Counted from the first letter of the stretch, positions 8,916 to 19,724 are shown. The stretch is 64,000 bases of DNA from Halobacteroidaceae bacterium (GCA_003554585.1 PWGV01000183.1:8574-72573), one strand, 5' to 3'. Numbers and translations: made by a program. The notes: a model not told the origin generated them from the sequence alone.

Positions 8916-10064
8916 TTAGTCGTTGTTTCTATAATCCAGGGTTTTAAGGAAATTTTCCAGGGGTATTTCCCCGGAGATGTTTTCCTTGAGTTCCTGGTAT
9001 TTTCCTCTTGCTCCGGGCTGGTTGTAACCCTTAATGGCGCGGAGCATAATGTTTTTCGGTGTTTCGAGTGGAGAAACATATTCCACCACAGAAACCCTGT
9101 AGTTGTAGGCTTCCAGGGCTGCAGCTCTAAGGCCATCGGTGAAGATATCAGCCAGGCGGTTATGAAAAATATTATGCTTGCTGATTGGTTTCCACTGGTT
9201 AAAATCAATTTTTTGGTGCAGAGCGGCCTGGCAGCAGGGAACGGCAATAATGTACTTGCTTTCCAGGTGTAAACCGAGGGCCAGGGCTTCGTCTGTGGCC
9301 GTATCACAGGCATGCAAACTTAATACCATGTCGATATCCGAAGAAGAATGGAAATCCATTATTTTCCCCTGCCGGAATTCCATGTTGTGATAACCGAGCT
9401 GTTTTTGAATTTTCCGGGAGGAAGCAATAACATCGGCGTTATCATCGATCCCAATCACTTTACAGGGCATCCGTTTTTTTTCTGTTAACCAGTAATTAAG
9501 GACGAAGGAAAGATAGGACTTTCCGCAGCCGCAGTCGAGAATGGTGATTTTTCCCTTGTCGGGTTGTTCCTCAATTATTTCATCGATAAGTTCAATAAAC
9601 CGGTCAACCTGGTAGAACTTGCGGCGTTTATCGGCCTTGATTTGACCCTCGGGGGACATTATTCCCACTGCCTTTAGTAGTTCTTCGGCTTCACCCGCCC
9701 GGATGAAGTCCTGGCGGGTGCCGTATTCCGGGGTTTTTTGGTGCTGGGCAGGTTCATCCTGGGTATTAATTTCCATTTTCACGTCTCCGGGGAGTATCTT
9801 TAACTGGACAACACTTCCCCTTTCAATTATTTTTACCGTTGCCTTTTCAATACCGGCCAGTTGCTGTTCAAGATATTCCCGGAGCTCTTCGCGGCTGATC
9901 CGGTCCTTTTCTGCAAGTAAATAGCGAGGATTTTCCGGGTCAACCTGGAGAGTGCTTTTTTCCCTGGCAGAGGTGATTTCTATCCGCTTTAAGTTATCCG
10001 TATCTTTCAGCCGGTAAAAGGTCATCTGCAGTAGGTTTCTCAGCTTCTGGTTCCTTTTTTTCAT
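8916..10064 (-). CDS. Class I SAM-dependent methyltransferase with N-terminal extension
   Basis: Motif I ILDCGCGKSYLS. HACDTATD motif. 382 aa. Confidence 0.65.
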   Translation of the reverse strand: MKKRNQKLRNLLQMTFYRLKDTDNLKRIEITSAREKSTLQVDPENPRYLLAEKDRISREELREYLEQQLAGIEKATVKIIERGSVVQLKILPGDVKMEINTQDEPAQHQKTPEYGTRQDFIRAGEAEELLKAVGIMSPEGQIKADKRRKFYQVDRFIELIDEIIEEQPDKGKITILDCGCGKSYLSFVLNYWLTEKKRMPCKVIGIDDNADVIASSRKIQKQLGYHNMEFRQGKIMDFHSSSDIDMVLSLHACDTATDEALALGLHLESKYIIAVPCCQAALHQKIDFNQWKPISKHNIFHNRLADIFTDGLRAAALEAYNYRVSVVEYVSPLETPKNIMLRAIKGYNQPGARGKYQELKENISGEIPLENFLKTLDYRNND

Positions 10065-10278
10065 ATTGTTCTCTCCTTGAACTCGGTTTAAGATTTTTTT
10101 TGCTCCTAGGTTTTTATTAGATTTTAGCAGAGGGAAGTCCTTTTTTAAAGGGAAAAAACCTTGAAAGATTAGGTTTGAAAGGGGTAAGGAAAGCAGAAGT
10201 ACGGTGAAGGAAAGGGTTTTTTTGGAAACCGTCGAAGGGAAAATAGAGCAAACAAAATTCTAGGAGGGGGAAAACACC

Positions 10279-12051
10279 TTGCTTAAAAACCTGGAAAAAA
10301 CCTGGGACCTGGAAGATATTTTCCCCGGGGGCAGCGAATCAGAAGAATTAAAAGAATATATAGCAGAGCTGGAAAAAGAAATTAAAGAATTGAACGAAGG
10401 AGTAAGAGGAGAAATTGAGAACTGGCCAGCTTTAATAGACCGGGTGCAGAAGGCAGGGGGGAGGCTCCGGGAGGCAAGTTCTTTTATCGGCTGCCTTAAC
10501 GCCCAAAATACTAAGGACGAGCAGGCCAAGCTTTTAGGGCGGAAAATGCAGCAGTTGGGCGCTGCCCTGCAGTCAGTTTTTACAACCCTGGATAAAAAAA
10601 TGCTGCAAATCCCCGAAGCAGTATGGGAAAAGCTTCTCGAGGAAATGAGTGAACTTGCTTATAACCTGGAAGAAAGGCGGCAGCGGGCAGCAGAATTAAT
10701 GTCCGAAGAACAAGAAAAACTGGCTACGGACCTTTCTGTAGATGGGTACCACGGCTGGAGTGACCTTTATAATGTTATTACCGGTCGAATGGCTATTCCG
10801 TTTACTGTTAAGGGGAAGAAAAAAAAGCTGTCTATTGGCCAGGCCGCCAATATTTTTGCCGATCCGGATCCAAAGGTCCGGAAGGAAATGGGGGAAAAGT
10901 GGGAAGAAGCTTGGTCGGAGGAAGCCGAACTCTGTGCCAATGCTTTAAACCACCTGGGAGGGTTCCGCCTGAATCTCTACCGGCACCGGGGCTGGGATTC
11001 GGTATTAAAAGAACCCCTGGAAATTAACCGGATGGCTCCCCAGACCCTTGACGTGCTGTGGGAAGTAATTGAGCAAAATAAAGATGTGTTTGTTAGTTTC
11101 CTGAACCGCAAGGCCGAGATGCTGGGCCTGGAAAAACTTCGCTGGTGTGATCTGCGGGCACCAGTGGCCGAGACCTCGAAGGAATATTCTTTTGAGGAAG
11201 GGGCCAATTTTATTGTTAACCAGTTTGAGCAGGTCAGTCCCCGCATGGCTGAATTTGTCCGGCAGGCTTTTGCAAAAAGGTGGGTTGAAGCTGAAGACCG
11301 TGGTGGGAAAAGGCAGGGAGCTTTTTGCACCAGCTTCCCCATGAGCGAACAAACCAGGGTTTTTATGACCTATTCCGGGACCGCTGGCAACGTTTCCACC
11401 CTGGCCCATGAACTGGGTCATGCTTTCCATCAGCATGCGATGAAAGGCTTACCCCTACTTTCCCAGCGTTACGCCATGAATGTAGCCGAAACAGCTTCTA
11501 CTTTTGCGGAAATGGTAGCAGCTGATGCTGCTCTGCGCAATGCCAAAGATGAGCAAGAAAAAATTGCTCTGCTGGGAGATAAAGTCGGCAAGAGTATCTC
11601 TTTTTTCATGGATATCCACTGCCGGTTCCTGTTTGAAAAGGACTTTTACGCTGCCCGGAAGAAAGGGCCAGTTGGTACGGATCAATTAAATGAGATAATG
11701 GAAAACGCTCAGAAAAAAGCTTTCAGGGAGAGTCTTGCCGATTATCACCCTCACTTCTGGGCTTCCAAGCTGCATTTCTATATTACTGCAGTTCCATTCT
11801 ACAATTTCCCCTATACCTTCGGTTATCTTTTCAGTGCGGGAGTTTACGCCATGGCCAGTCAGGAAGGGGAAAACTTTGAACAGAAATATATAGACCTGCT
11901 CAGGGATACGGGTAGAATGCAGGTAGAAGACCTCGCCCGCAAGCACCTGGGTGTAGACCTGACTCAGCCAGATTTCTGGCAGAAAGCTGTGAGCCTGGCC
12001 GCTGAAGATGCAGAGGAATTTTTAAGGTTAACCGAACAAAAGAAAAGGTAG
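10279..12051 (+). CDS. pepF: M3B oligoendopeptidase F
   Basis: 590 aa. Zinc motif HELGHAFH. AGGAGGGGG SD before the TTG start. Confidence 0.85.
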   Translation: MLKNLEKTWDLEDIFPGGSESEELKEYIAELEKEIKELNEGVRGEIENWPALIDRVQKAGGRLREASSFIGCLNAQNTKDEQAKLLGRKMQQLGAALQSVFTTLDKKMLQIPEAVWEKLLEEMSELAYNLEERRQRAAELMSEEQEKLATDLSVDGYHGWSDLYNVITGRMAIPFTVKGKKKKLSIGQAANIFADPDPKVRKEMGEKWEEAWSEEAELCANALNHLGGFRLNLYRHRGWDSVLKEPLEINRMAPQTLDVLWEVIEQNKDVFVSFLNRKAEMLGLEKLRWCDLRAPVAETSKEYSFEEGANFIVNQFEQVSPRMAEFVRQAFAKRWVEAEDRGGKRQGAFCTSFPMSEQTRVFMTYSGTAGNVSTLAHELGHAFHQHAMKGLPLLSQRYAMNVAETASTFAEMVAADAALRNAKDEQEKIALLGDKVGKSISFFMDIHCRFLFEKDFYAARKKGPVGTDQLNEIMENAQKKAFRESLADYHPHFWASKLHFYITAVPFYNFPYTFGYLFSAGVYAMASQEGENFEQKYIDLLRDTGRMQVEDLARKHLGVDLTQPDFWQKAVSLAAEDAEEFLRLTEQKKR

Positions 12052-12079
12052 TTCATTGCTGGAAAGGGCTGGAGTAAGC

Positions 12080-12674
12080 TATGGACCTGGCAAAGAAAAC
12101 GTTTTTTTGTTCGTGGAGGGGGGCAAGGCTCCCTGCCTTGCCCTCTATTATGCCCTGAAAGGGAAAGGAGATCCCCGGTTTCTTTTAACTATGATGGTTG
12201 GGGAAGGCAAGCTGGTTTCCCAGGCCTACTTCCTGGGAAGACTACGAAAGAAGTTTTTTGGATATGGGCCGGGAGTTTAAACGGCGGGGAGTAGAAGCAG
12301 GAGTTTTTGGAGACATTGACCAGGAAGATCACAGGGCGTGGATGGGGAAGGTTTCCAAAAAAGCTGGGCTCGAAGCCATTCATCCCCTCTGGAATATGGG
12401 GTGGGAAGAAGTTATTGAGAAATTTATTTCCCTGGGTTTTAAAGCGGTAGTAATTGCTGTTGATAGTAATAAACTCGGGCCGGAATATCTGGGCAGGGAA
12501 TTAAACAGCCTGCTGCTCGTTGAGTTAAAAAAGAAAAATGTAGACCCGGCTGGAGAGAATGGAGAATATCATACCTTTGTAAAGGGTGGCCCGATTTTCC
12601 AGGAGGAAATCCATTGCGAACCGGGAGAAGTTATCGGAAGGGACGGGTTTTATTTCCAGGATTTAATAATTTGA
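12080..12674 (+). pseudogene. Dph6-related (MJ0570-type) PP-loop ATP pyrophosphatase, frameshifted
   Basis: MDLAKKTFFCSWRGG, then a frame change in a G6 run near 12116, then GKAPCLALYY (the PP-loop SGGKDS is degenerate). A second shift or short deletion occurs near 12200. The C-terminal part is intact (GVFGDIDQEDHRAW, ENGEYHTFV). Confidence 0.6.
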
Positions 12675-12796
12675 CCTGTTTTAAAAGCTTCCCCGGACCT
12701 TTTTTTGCAATAAATTGGGAGGAAATTGTTAAAGGGAAGACGGAGAGATAAAGGCAGCCTGGATTACCGGTTATTACTAAAAAAAGGAGTGGTTTT

Positions 12797-13333
12797 TTGT
12801 TCAAACTGGCTATTTTTTTAGTTGGGATTTTGCTTTTTTCCTGGAGTTTAAATCCAGGGATGGTCCTGGCCGGGGGCGAGCAGGAACTGCTGGAAATCGA
12901 ATTCGAGGAAATTGTAATTTACCACACCATGGACTGGTTGGGCCACGGGCATCTGGATGAATTATTTTACCTTTTCCCGGTTGATAGCACAAATGAGGAC
13001 TTCATGGCCAATATAAATTTCCTAATCGAAGAAAAGAAAGAAGAGGACAGGGAAAGATTCTGGGAAAAACAAATTAAAAACCTGGAAGAATCTATTGAGG
13101 ATTTCAAACTGGGAAAACGGGAAGAAGTCGAAATTGACGGGAAACCAGGATATAAGTTGATTTTTACAGGTTACCTTCCCGACATTTTCCCCGATAAAAT
13201 TAAATGGCTACAGGTTTTTTCTTTTCTTCCGGAAGAAAAGTACCTTGTTAGTACTTATACGGCAAGTGATGATACCTTTCCAGAATACCAGGAGGAGGCA
13301 ATGGAAATAATTTTAAGGACAGAAATCAGGTGA
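12797..13333 (+). CDS. Hypothetical secreted protein
   Basis: 178-aa ORF. AAGGAG SD before the TTG. N-terminal signal peptide FKLAIFLVGILLFSWSLNPGMVLA. Confidence 0.55.
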   Translation: MFKLAIFLVGILLFSWSLNPGMVLAGGEQELLEIEFEEIVIYHTMDWLGHGHLDELFYLFPVDSTNEDFMANINFLIEEKKEEDRERFWEKQIKNLEESIEDFKLGKREEVEIDGKPGYKLIFTGYLPDIFPDKIKWLQVFSFLPEEKYLVSTYTASDDTFPEYQEEAMEIILRTEIR

Positions 13334-13426
13334 AAATTATTCCAGGGGAAAGTAAATGTTGTTAGGAGAGTTAGAAGAAAAATCTGATTGAATTCCCGGC
13401 ATCCAACCAACACGAGGAGGAGCAAA

Positions 13427-13684
13427 ATGGACCCAACAGTACTGAGAATGGCCATCTTGAGGATTTTATTTGGTTCGGTCAGTATTATCGGAGCGCTTTT
13501 TATGTTTTATTTTAACCGGGTGGAACATGCCCTGAAAGTAAATGCGGTAATAGGGAGTATTGGACCATTTGTTTTTTTAACAATAAGCGGAATTGGCCTG
13601 GTAGGAATATCCGGGCAGGTTGAGGTATATAAAATTATTATGATTATCAGTGGAATCGGCCTGATTTTATTTGGCACTCGATGA
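13427..13684 (+). CDS. YqhV-like small membrane protein (DUF2619-like)
   Basis: GAGGAGGAG SD before the ATG at 13427. Three predicted TM segments. Resembles B. subtilis YqhV from memory (LRMAILRIL..SIIGALFM..). Confidence 0.5.
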   Translation: MDPTVLRMAILRILFGSVSIIGALFMFYFNRVEHALKVNAVIGSIGPFVFLTISGIGLVGISGQVEVYKIIMIISGIGLILFGTR

Positions 13685-13699
13685 AAGGAAAAGAGAATT

Positions 13700-13748
13700 A
13701 AAAAACAGCAGGAGAGTGGTTTTTGTTCTCCTGCTGTTTATTTTTTTG
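13700..13748. terminator. Bidirectional rho-independent terminator
   Basis: AACAGCAGGAGA-loop-TCTCCTGCTGTT followed by a T-run, with an A-run upstream. Lies between convergent genes. Confidence 0.7.
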
Positions 13749-15504
13749 GAAGGCTGAAAGAGAAAACTGCTCCCCGTTCCTTTTGGTTTTGAGCACTTAT
13801 GGATTCTCCGTGAGCTAAAAGTATTTCTCGGGCAAGAGCAAGTCCCAGTCCCCAGCCCCTTCCGGATTCCGGACTGTTTCTTTTGCCCCGGAAAAAACGC
13901 TCCCAGATGAAAGGCATTTCTTCAACTGGTATTCCCGGTCCCGAATCAATTATTGAAATCCAGATTTTTTCTTCTTCGTTTATTTCTATTTCAATTGTTT
14001 CCTTCGGTGGAGTAAAGGTAATTGCATTGTCTATTAGGTTAGCAATAACAATTCGAATCAGAGCGGGATCTCCCCGGGCGGGAATTTCTGTAGAAGGGAA
14101 GTTTCTTTTAACAGAAATTTTTTTATCCAGTAGGGCTAGTTTCCGGCTAGCAAGAACTTCGTTTATCAACTCTCCCAACTGAAATTCCTGCCACCGGGGT
14201 TTAATTTTCCCGGCCTTAAGGCGGGAATAGTCCAGGATTTCATTAATTAAAAGGCCGAGGTTTTCTGCTTCCTCGCAGATTATTTTAATAAAACGTTCCC
14301 TGGTTTCAGTGTCTCCTGCTGTTCCATCCAGGAGAGCCTGGGCGTAACTGCGGATTGCAGTAAGCGGAGTTTTCAATTCATGGGAAACGCCCGCAAAAAA
14401 TTTCCGCTGGACTTCCTCCAGTCCATCCAGATTGCGCAGGTTATGCAGCAGCGCAACTATACCGATGATTTCTCCAGAATTGTCCCTGATGGGAAAGCTC
14501 TGGAAAAAGAGAGTGAGGTTTCCTTCAAGTTCAATCAATTCGCTGTACTTATCCCTGCCCGCCAGGGCTTTATTGAATAGCTCCAGGACTTCAGGAGATG
14601 TGATAAGCTCATCGATTTTTGTCCCACTGAATTCTGCGGGCGTTTTATCAGGACGGAAGAAATTAATTGCCGGCTGATTGGCCAGGATAATTTTCCTTTC
14701 CCGGTTGAGGGCCAGTACTCCCTCCTCGATACTGGAAACGGTGTGGGCCAGCTTGTCCCTTTCCTGGGAAAGCTGGTTCAGTGTGCTTTGCAATTGGGAA
14801 GCCATGTGGTTAAAGGATTTGCCTAGAGTTCCCAGCTCATCTTTACGGGACAACCTGATTTTTCTTGAAAAGTCACCTTGAGCAAGGGCCTGGGCAGAAT
14901 GGTCCATTTCCAGAATTGGACGGGAGATACTTTGGGAAAACCAGAAGCTAAAAAATCCGGTTAGCACGACAGCAAAAATTGCTGCGTTCAGGAGGTTGGT
15001 CTGGATCTGGCGGATAGTACCCTGGATTCCTGAAATGGGGTAATGGAGAAAAACACCCCCTATGACCCGTCCTCCTTTGGTTACAGGGATACCTGTGGAA
15101 AGCATCAGGGTATTGTAATAATTTTTGTTGGGAGGGTGAGAAATTATCTCGCCCTGCAGGAGAATATCCATTTCTCTGGATGAAATTCTGGCTATGCCCC
15201 TTTCCACCTGGGCTTCGGGACGGGAACTCTTAATAATGTTACCTGTTTCGTCAATTATCCAGACCCTTGTTTCCAGGGCCCTGTCCAGGAAGAAAAGCAG
15301 TTCAGAATGGTTCTGGCCCACCTCGGTAAGGATAGTCCGGGCCAGGGTAGCCAGTTCTTTACCCGTGGAAACCTGGTCATTGGAGCGGGTGGAAATAATA
15401 TGATCTTCCAGGAGAAAAGAAAAAGAAACCCCGACTAAAATTAATACTAAAAAGATCAGGGTGAGGTAAGAGAAGAATATTTTCCTGTAAATGGTGTTCA
15501 GCAC
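13738..15504 (-). CDS. Sensor histidine kinase (TM-sensor-HAMP-PAS-HisKA-HATPase, WalK/ResE-like)
   Basis: H-box SHELKTPLTAI, N-box NLIDNAITF, G-boxes DSGPGI and GWGLGLA. N-terminal TM helix plus a second TM helix before the HAMP domain. Confidence 0.9.
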   Translation of the reverse strand: MLNTIYRKIFFSYLTLIFLVLILVGVSFSFLLEDHIISTRSNDQVSTGKELATLARTILTEVGQNHSELLFFLDRALETRVWIIDETGNIIKSSRPEAQVERGIARISSREMDILLQGEIISHPPNKNYYNTLMLSTGIPVTKGGRVIGGVFLHYPISGIQGTIRQIQTNLLNAAIFAVVLTGFFSFWFSQSISRPILEMDHSAQALAQGDFSRKIRLSRKDELGTLGKSFNHMASQLQSTLNQLSQERDKLAHTVSSIEEGVLALNRERKIILANQPAINFFRPDKTPAEFSGTKIDELITSPEVLELFNKALAGRDKYSELIELEGNLTLFFQSFPIRDNSGEIIGIVALLHNLRNLDGLEEVQRKFFAGVSHELKTPLTAIRSYAQALLDGTAGDTETRERFIKIICEEAENLGLLINEILDYSRLKAGKIKPRWQEFQLGELINEVLASRKLALLDKKISVKRNFPSTEIPARGDPALIRIVIANLIDNAITFTPPKETIEIEINEEEKIWISIIDSGPGIPVEEMPFIWERFFRGKRNSPESGRGWGLGLALAREILLAHGESISAQNQKERGAVFSFSLPKK

Positions 15505-16214
15505 TTTTCTCGCTCCCTGCCTGGTTCATATACAAAACGGTAACCGACACCCCAGACTGTTTCCAAACCCCAGGGCTGGTTTTCCCGTGATCTGAGCTTA
15601 TCTCGAATATGTTTTATGTGAACGTCAATATTGCGGTTGGCCCCCGTATATTCATAACCCCAGATATCCTTAATAAGCTGTTCCCGGGAAAAAACAAGTC
15701 CGGGGCGGCGGGCCAGGTAGGAGAGAATTTCAACTTCCCTGGGAGTCATTTCAACAGGTTTTCCCTCAAGAATAACCTGGTACTGCTCGGTGTTGATTTC
15801 CAAACCCGGAAAAGAGATTAAATTTTCATTTTTTTGAGGGGGAGCTGCCCGCCTTAAAATCGCTTTTACCCGGGAGACAATTTCTACCGGGTTAAAGGGT
15901 TTTTCTACATAGTCATCTGCTCCCAAGTCCAGTCCGATAATTTTATCATAATCCTCGGTTTTGGCTGTGAGCATCAGGACAGGAATCTGGCTTTTCTTAT
16001 TGCGGAGAACACGACAAACTTCCCAACCGTCCATCTGGGGAAGCATAATATCAAGGATTATTAAGTCAATGGGTTCTTGGTCAATTACCACTAACGCTTT
16101 TTCCCCACTCTGGGAAGTGAGCACCTGGAAACCTTCCTTCTGCAAATAGAGAGAGAGGATTTCGCAAACCCGTGGATCATCGTCAACAATTAAAATTTTA
16201 ATTCTATTGCCCAT
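15498..16214 (-). CDS. OmpR/PhoB-family response regulator
   Basis: ILIVDDD, DLIILDIMLP, LMLTAK. C-terminal winged helix (WGVGYRF). Overlaps the kinase start. Probable start is MGNRIKIL at 16214. Confidence 0.9.
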   Translation of the reverse strand: MGNRIKILIVDDDPRVCEILSLYLQKEGFQVLTSQSGEKALVVIDQEPIDLIILDIMLPQMDGWEVCRVLRNKKSQIPVLMLTAKTEDYDKIIGLDLGADDYVEKPFNPVEIVSRVKAILRRAAPPQKNENLISFPGLEINTEQYQVILEGKPVEMTPREVEILSYLARRPGLVFSREQLIKDIWGYEYTGANRNIDVHIKHIRDKLRSRENQPWGLETVWGVGYRFVYEPGREREKC

Positions 16215-16281
16215 GGTGAAAACTCTCCCATTTCCCAAAATATTAAACTAATTATACCACAGTTTTCAAGGGAAAACAGGA

Positions 16282-17082
16282 CTAGAAAAAATCAACGAAA
16301 TCAGCGAACTCAATGGTGTCTACCAGAAAACGGGGAATTGCCTGAAGACTATCTTCAGGAGTAAAGGGAACATTGCCCAGTTCAAATAATAGTTTGAATC
16401 CTGTTTCTTGGGCCAGGTCTTTTGTTTTGTCCGTGGTAACTCCGTAAGGCCAGGCCAGGGCAATGATTTTCTGGTCGGTCTGCAGGGCTAAGAGGTTCCT
16501 GCTGGTCACCAGATCCTGTTTGATGCGGCACTCGTATTTTTCTTTGCTTTCGCCGGGTTGCTGCAAAATAGCTGGAGTCTGGTTTTCGGTATAATGATGA
16601 AGGTTATAGGTGTGGGAGCCAACATCAATTAACCCACTCATATTATTCATGTAGCGAATATTATTAAAAGACATTTTCTCCGAGAAAAGGATAGTCCGCT
16701 GCAGACCGGGCATGTGGGAAACAATGGGGAAAACAACTGCAGGGAATTCAAATTCCAACAAAACCGGGTAAGCTTTTGAAAAGAAAGATAAATAACCGTC
16801 ATCAAAGGTAAGGAGAACTGATTTTTCGGGGAAGCTCCCTTCCTGGTGGTGTTTTAAAAATTCGCCGAGGGAAAGGACTGAAAAATCGTTTTCCTGCAAA
16901 AATTCCATTTGCTTTTTAAAATTTGCCAGGCTTGTTTCCGAGTTGCCCTCTGGGTCACCTTCAACAATGTGGTGATAACAGAGGATAAATACTTCATAGG
17001 CTTTTACTTCCCCGGAGAAAACCGGGCAAACTAAAAGTGTAATCAGGAGAAAAAAAGCGATAATGGTGATATTTTTTTTCAT
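16282..17082 (-). CDS. Secreted polysaccharide deacetylase (NodB homology domain)
   Basis: Signal peptide. LLTFDDGY motif. 266 aa. Confidence 0.75.
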   Translation of the reverse strand: MKKNITIIAFFLLITLLVCPVFSGEVKAYEVFILCYHHIVEGDPEGNSETSLANFKKQMEFLQENDFSVLSLGEFLKHHQEGSFPEKSVLLTFDDGYLSFFSKAYPVLLEFEFPAVVFPIVSHMPGLQRTILFSEKMSFNNIRYMNNMSGLIDVGSHTYNLHHYTENQTPAILQQPGESKEKYECRIKQDLVTSRNLLALQTDQKIIALAWPYGVTTDKTKDLAQETGFKLLFELGNVPFTPEDSLQAIPRFLVDTIEFADFVDFF

Positions 17083-17145
17083 TTAAAGTCCTCCCGGAAT
17101 TGAAAAAAATAAAAGGGGCAGTTGCTGGGCTGCCCCCTGAAACAA

Positions 17146-17394
17146 CTAGCTGCCAAAACTCTGCCGCATCTGCCGACGGAAAAAACCATTTTCCCCAAGG
17201 AGAAGTTCTCGTTGGGTCATGGCCCGGAATTGTTTTTGTAAGGGTTCTCCGTTGCAATCCTCGCAGCCCGTATTCTGGGAGAAATCTGTCACAGTATTTA
17301 CAGGGCTGTTCTGTCTGTTGGCTGCAAAAACGAAGACACTCAAGGAGAAAAGCAGAACCAGGCAGAGCAAGATGCTTAAAACTTTTTTATCCAT
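17146..17394 (-). CDS. Small secreted hypothetical protein
   Basis: 82 aa. Signal peptide MDKKVLSILLCLVLLFSLSVFVFA. CEDC pair. GGGAGGGG SD. Confidence 0.5.
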   Translation of the reverse strand: MDKKVLSILLCLVLLFSLSVFVFAANRQNSPVNTVTDFSQNTGCEDCNGEPLQKQFRAMTQRELLLGENGFFRRQMRQSFGS

Positions 17395-17566
17395 TTAATC
17401 CCCTCCCTGTTGGTTAATCTCAGTTGAGTATAACAGGGAGCTGTTAATAGATTATTTATTATTTATTAATTTTTTATTAAGGTTTTTGCATATAAGAACT
17501 ATCTAAAAGCAGGTGCTCGTGGTAAAATAAGAAGAATTGTAAAAATAACAGGATGGGGGTAGTTCT

Positions 17567-18463
17567 GTGAAAAAGGTTTTTCTGGTTATTTTTTTAGCAA
17601 TTGCCCTTTTAATCATTATTACCGGGGGAGTAATTTCCTGGCATGCCAATTCCCTGATTGGAGAAATGGTTAATTTACGGGTAGAGAGAAGCGGGGAATT
17701 GATTGAATATTACAGCGATTTTTTAGAACAGGTGGAGCTGCAGGCTGAAGATGGTGTTTTCCTCAGCACCTGGAATTTTCCCCGCGAAGACCCGCAGGCA
17801 GTAATAATAATGCTGCATGGAATGCACGGGATGGATGCATCTTCTCTCCTGGAAATAGGGTTTGATTTTTATCAAGAAGGCTTCGAGGTTTTCAGTCTTG
17901 ATATGCGGGCCCACGGGATGAGCAGTGGGGAGGAAATAGGGCTGGGTTATACCGTAGTCAGGGATGTTGGTGCGCTGCTGGACTGGATAAAAGAAAGTGA
18001 AAAACTTCAGAATAAAGAGGTTTACCTTTTTGGTTTTTCCATGGGAGGAGCGGCTGCCATCAATACTGCTGCTAGGAGGGAAGATGTTAGCAGGGTAATC
18101 AGCATAGCTTCTTTTACTTCCTATGAAGATAATTTCCTCTATTATATGCGGCGGGAAAATTTGCCGGAAATAATAGTTGCAATGTACCGGCCGGCAATCC
18201 GTTTGAGTTTGCGCCTGAAATATGGAGTTGATCCAGTGGATAATTCTCCTATTAATAATATTTCCCGGATATCCCCACGGCCGGTTTTGCTAATTCACGG
18301 TGACGGGGACGACCAGATTCCCATAGAACAGGGTAAACGTTTATTTGCAGAGGGAGGCGAAAGCGTTGACCTTCATGTAGCAAAGGGGAAAGGGCATTTT
18401 TTAATTATGGATCTTCTCCAGGAAAAAGAGACGAGGGATTTGATCCTGGAATTTTATAATTAA
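17567..18463 (+). CDS. Membrane-anchored alpha/beta hydrolase
   Basis: N-terminal TM helix. Nucleophile elbow GFSMGG. IHGDGDD. 298 aa. Confidence 0.75.
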   Translation: MKKVFLVIFLAIALLIIITGGVISWHANSLIGEMVNLRVERSGELIEYYSDFLEQVELQAEDGVFLSTWNFPREDPQAVIIMLHGMHGMDASSLLEIGFDFYQEGFEVFSLDMRAHGMSSGEEIGLGYTVVRDVGALLDWIKESEKLQNKEVYLFGFSMGGAAAINTAARREDVSRVISIASFTSYEDNFLYYMRRENLPEIIVAMYRPAIRLSLRLKYGVDPVDNSPINNISRISPRPVLLIHGDGDDQIPIEQGKRLFAEGGESVDLHVAKGKGHFLIMDLLQEKETRDLILEFYN

Positions 18464-18518
18464 AAACGAGAGAAACAAGACTTGGAAATTTCAGGTTTCA
18501 AAAATTACAGGGAGGGGA

Positions 18519-19724
18519 TTATCGGGTTGTTTCAATCCGGTCCCTTCCTTTGTTTTTTGCCTTGTATAAACCCTTGTCGGCCGCTTTAATAACCTCGCCG
18601 GGAGCTGGGAAATTCTCGTTATCAGCAAGCCCAAAACTCGCAGTTACTTTAATTTTGTTACCCAAACGCCGGGAACTGTTTTTCCCCGGTTTTTTGCGCC
18701 GTCGGTTTTTACCCCTGACGTAAAAAGGCCTCTGGATCATTTTTTCCCGAAGATCTTTTAGGTAGGGCAGGGCTTCATCTTTGTTCTTCCCGGGGAAAAT
18801 TATTGCAAATTCTTCTCCTCCAAAACGGTAGGGCTTACCTGGCCGGGAGTGCTTTTGCAAAATAGCCCCAACAAATTTCAACACCTGGTCTCCAGTAGCA
18901 TGGCCGTAACGGTCATTGACCCGCTTGAAATGATCAATATCGACCATGGCTATACTGAAGGGACTGGAAAGTTTTAAAATGTCCTGTTGTAATGATCTGC
19001 GGGAAGGCAGTCTGGTTAACTCATCGAGATAGGCTAAAATATAAAGATCTATCACCAATCGGAAAATAACAAAGGCAATTAAGGCCAGGTAAAATACAAT
19101 CCAGACCTGGTTTGAAGCGGGATAAAGGAACGGGGAGAAGGAGGCACCCCAGATTGCGCCCAGGGTAACCGGCGTAGGATCCCTTCGAATATAACCCACA
19201 GCACAAAAAAAGAAAAAACCAAGTCCCATTATTGCCAGTAACAGGCTCGCAGGAGAAATGTTACCAGGAGCATCAAAAAACTCGAAATAAATTTTATCCA
19301 GCCAGTCCTGGTTGGGGAAAATAAGCAGAGGAAAGGCAACAAGCTGGATGAGTATAATAAATATCCTGGTTTTCCCCGGGGAAGAGAGAATGCCTTTTTC
19401 CCTGGATAAAGCCAGGTAAAAAAGGTTGCCCCAGAAAATTAAAAGCAAAACAAAAAGGAGCGGGGAGTTTTGAAAATCAGGAGGAAAACCTCCGGAAAAA
19501 TTTATGCCAAAAAGGGAGAGAGCAAACAGGAGGCCCAGGAAAAACCTGGATTTATCAAAAACAACTGTCAGGATTAAAATAACTAAAAAAAGAACAATAA
19601 TTAAAAGCGAGGTATTAAAAACTGGAAAAGATGGTAAAAGCCGGGTAATTAAAAGATAATGAGCTGCAGCAATAAAAAAGAGAGGAGGGATTATGGTTTT
19701 TAAAAATTCTTTTTTGTTAGCCAT
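18519..19724 (-). CDS. Membrane-bound diguanylate cyclase (GGDEF)
   Basis: About 230-aa polytopic N-terminus. Active-site RFGGEEFAIIF. No RxxD five residues upstream. Confidence 0.85.
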   Translation of the reverse strand: MANKKEFLKTIIPPLFFIAAAHYLLITRLLPSFPVFNTSLLIIVLFLVILILTVVFDKSRFFLGLLFALSLFGINFSGGFPPDFQNSPLLFVLLLIFWGNLFYLALSREKGILSSPGKTRIFIILIQLVAFPLLIFPNQDWLDKIYFEFFDAPGNISPASLLLAIMGLGFFFFCAVGYIRRDPTPVTLGAIWGASFSPFLYPASNQVWIVFYLALIAFVIFRLVIDLYILAYLDELTRLPSRRSLQQDILKLSSPFSIAMVDIDHFKRVNDRYGHATGDQVLKFVGAILQKHSRPGKPYRFGGEEFAIIFPGKNKDEALPYLKDLREKMIQRPFYVRGKNRRRKKPGKNSSRRLGNKIKVTASFGLADNENFPAPGEVIKAADKGLYKAKNKGRDRIETTR

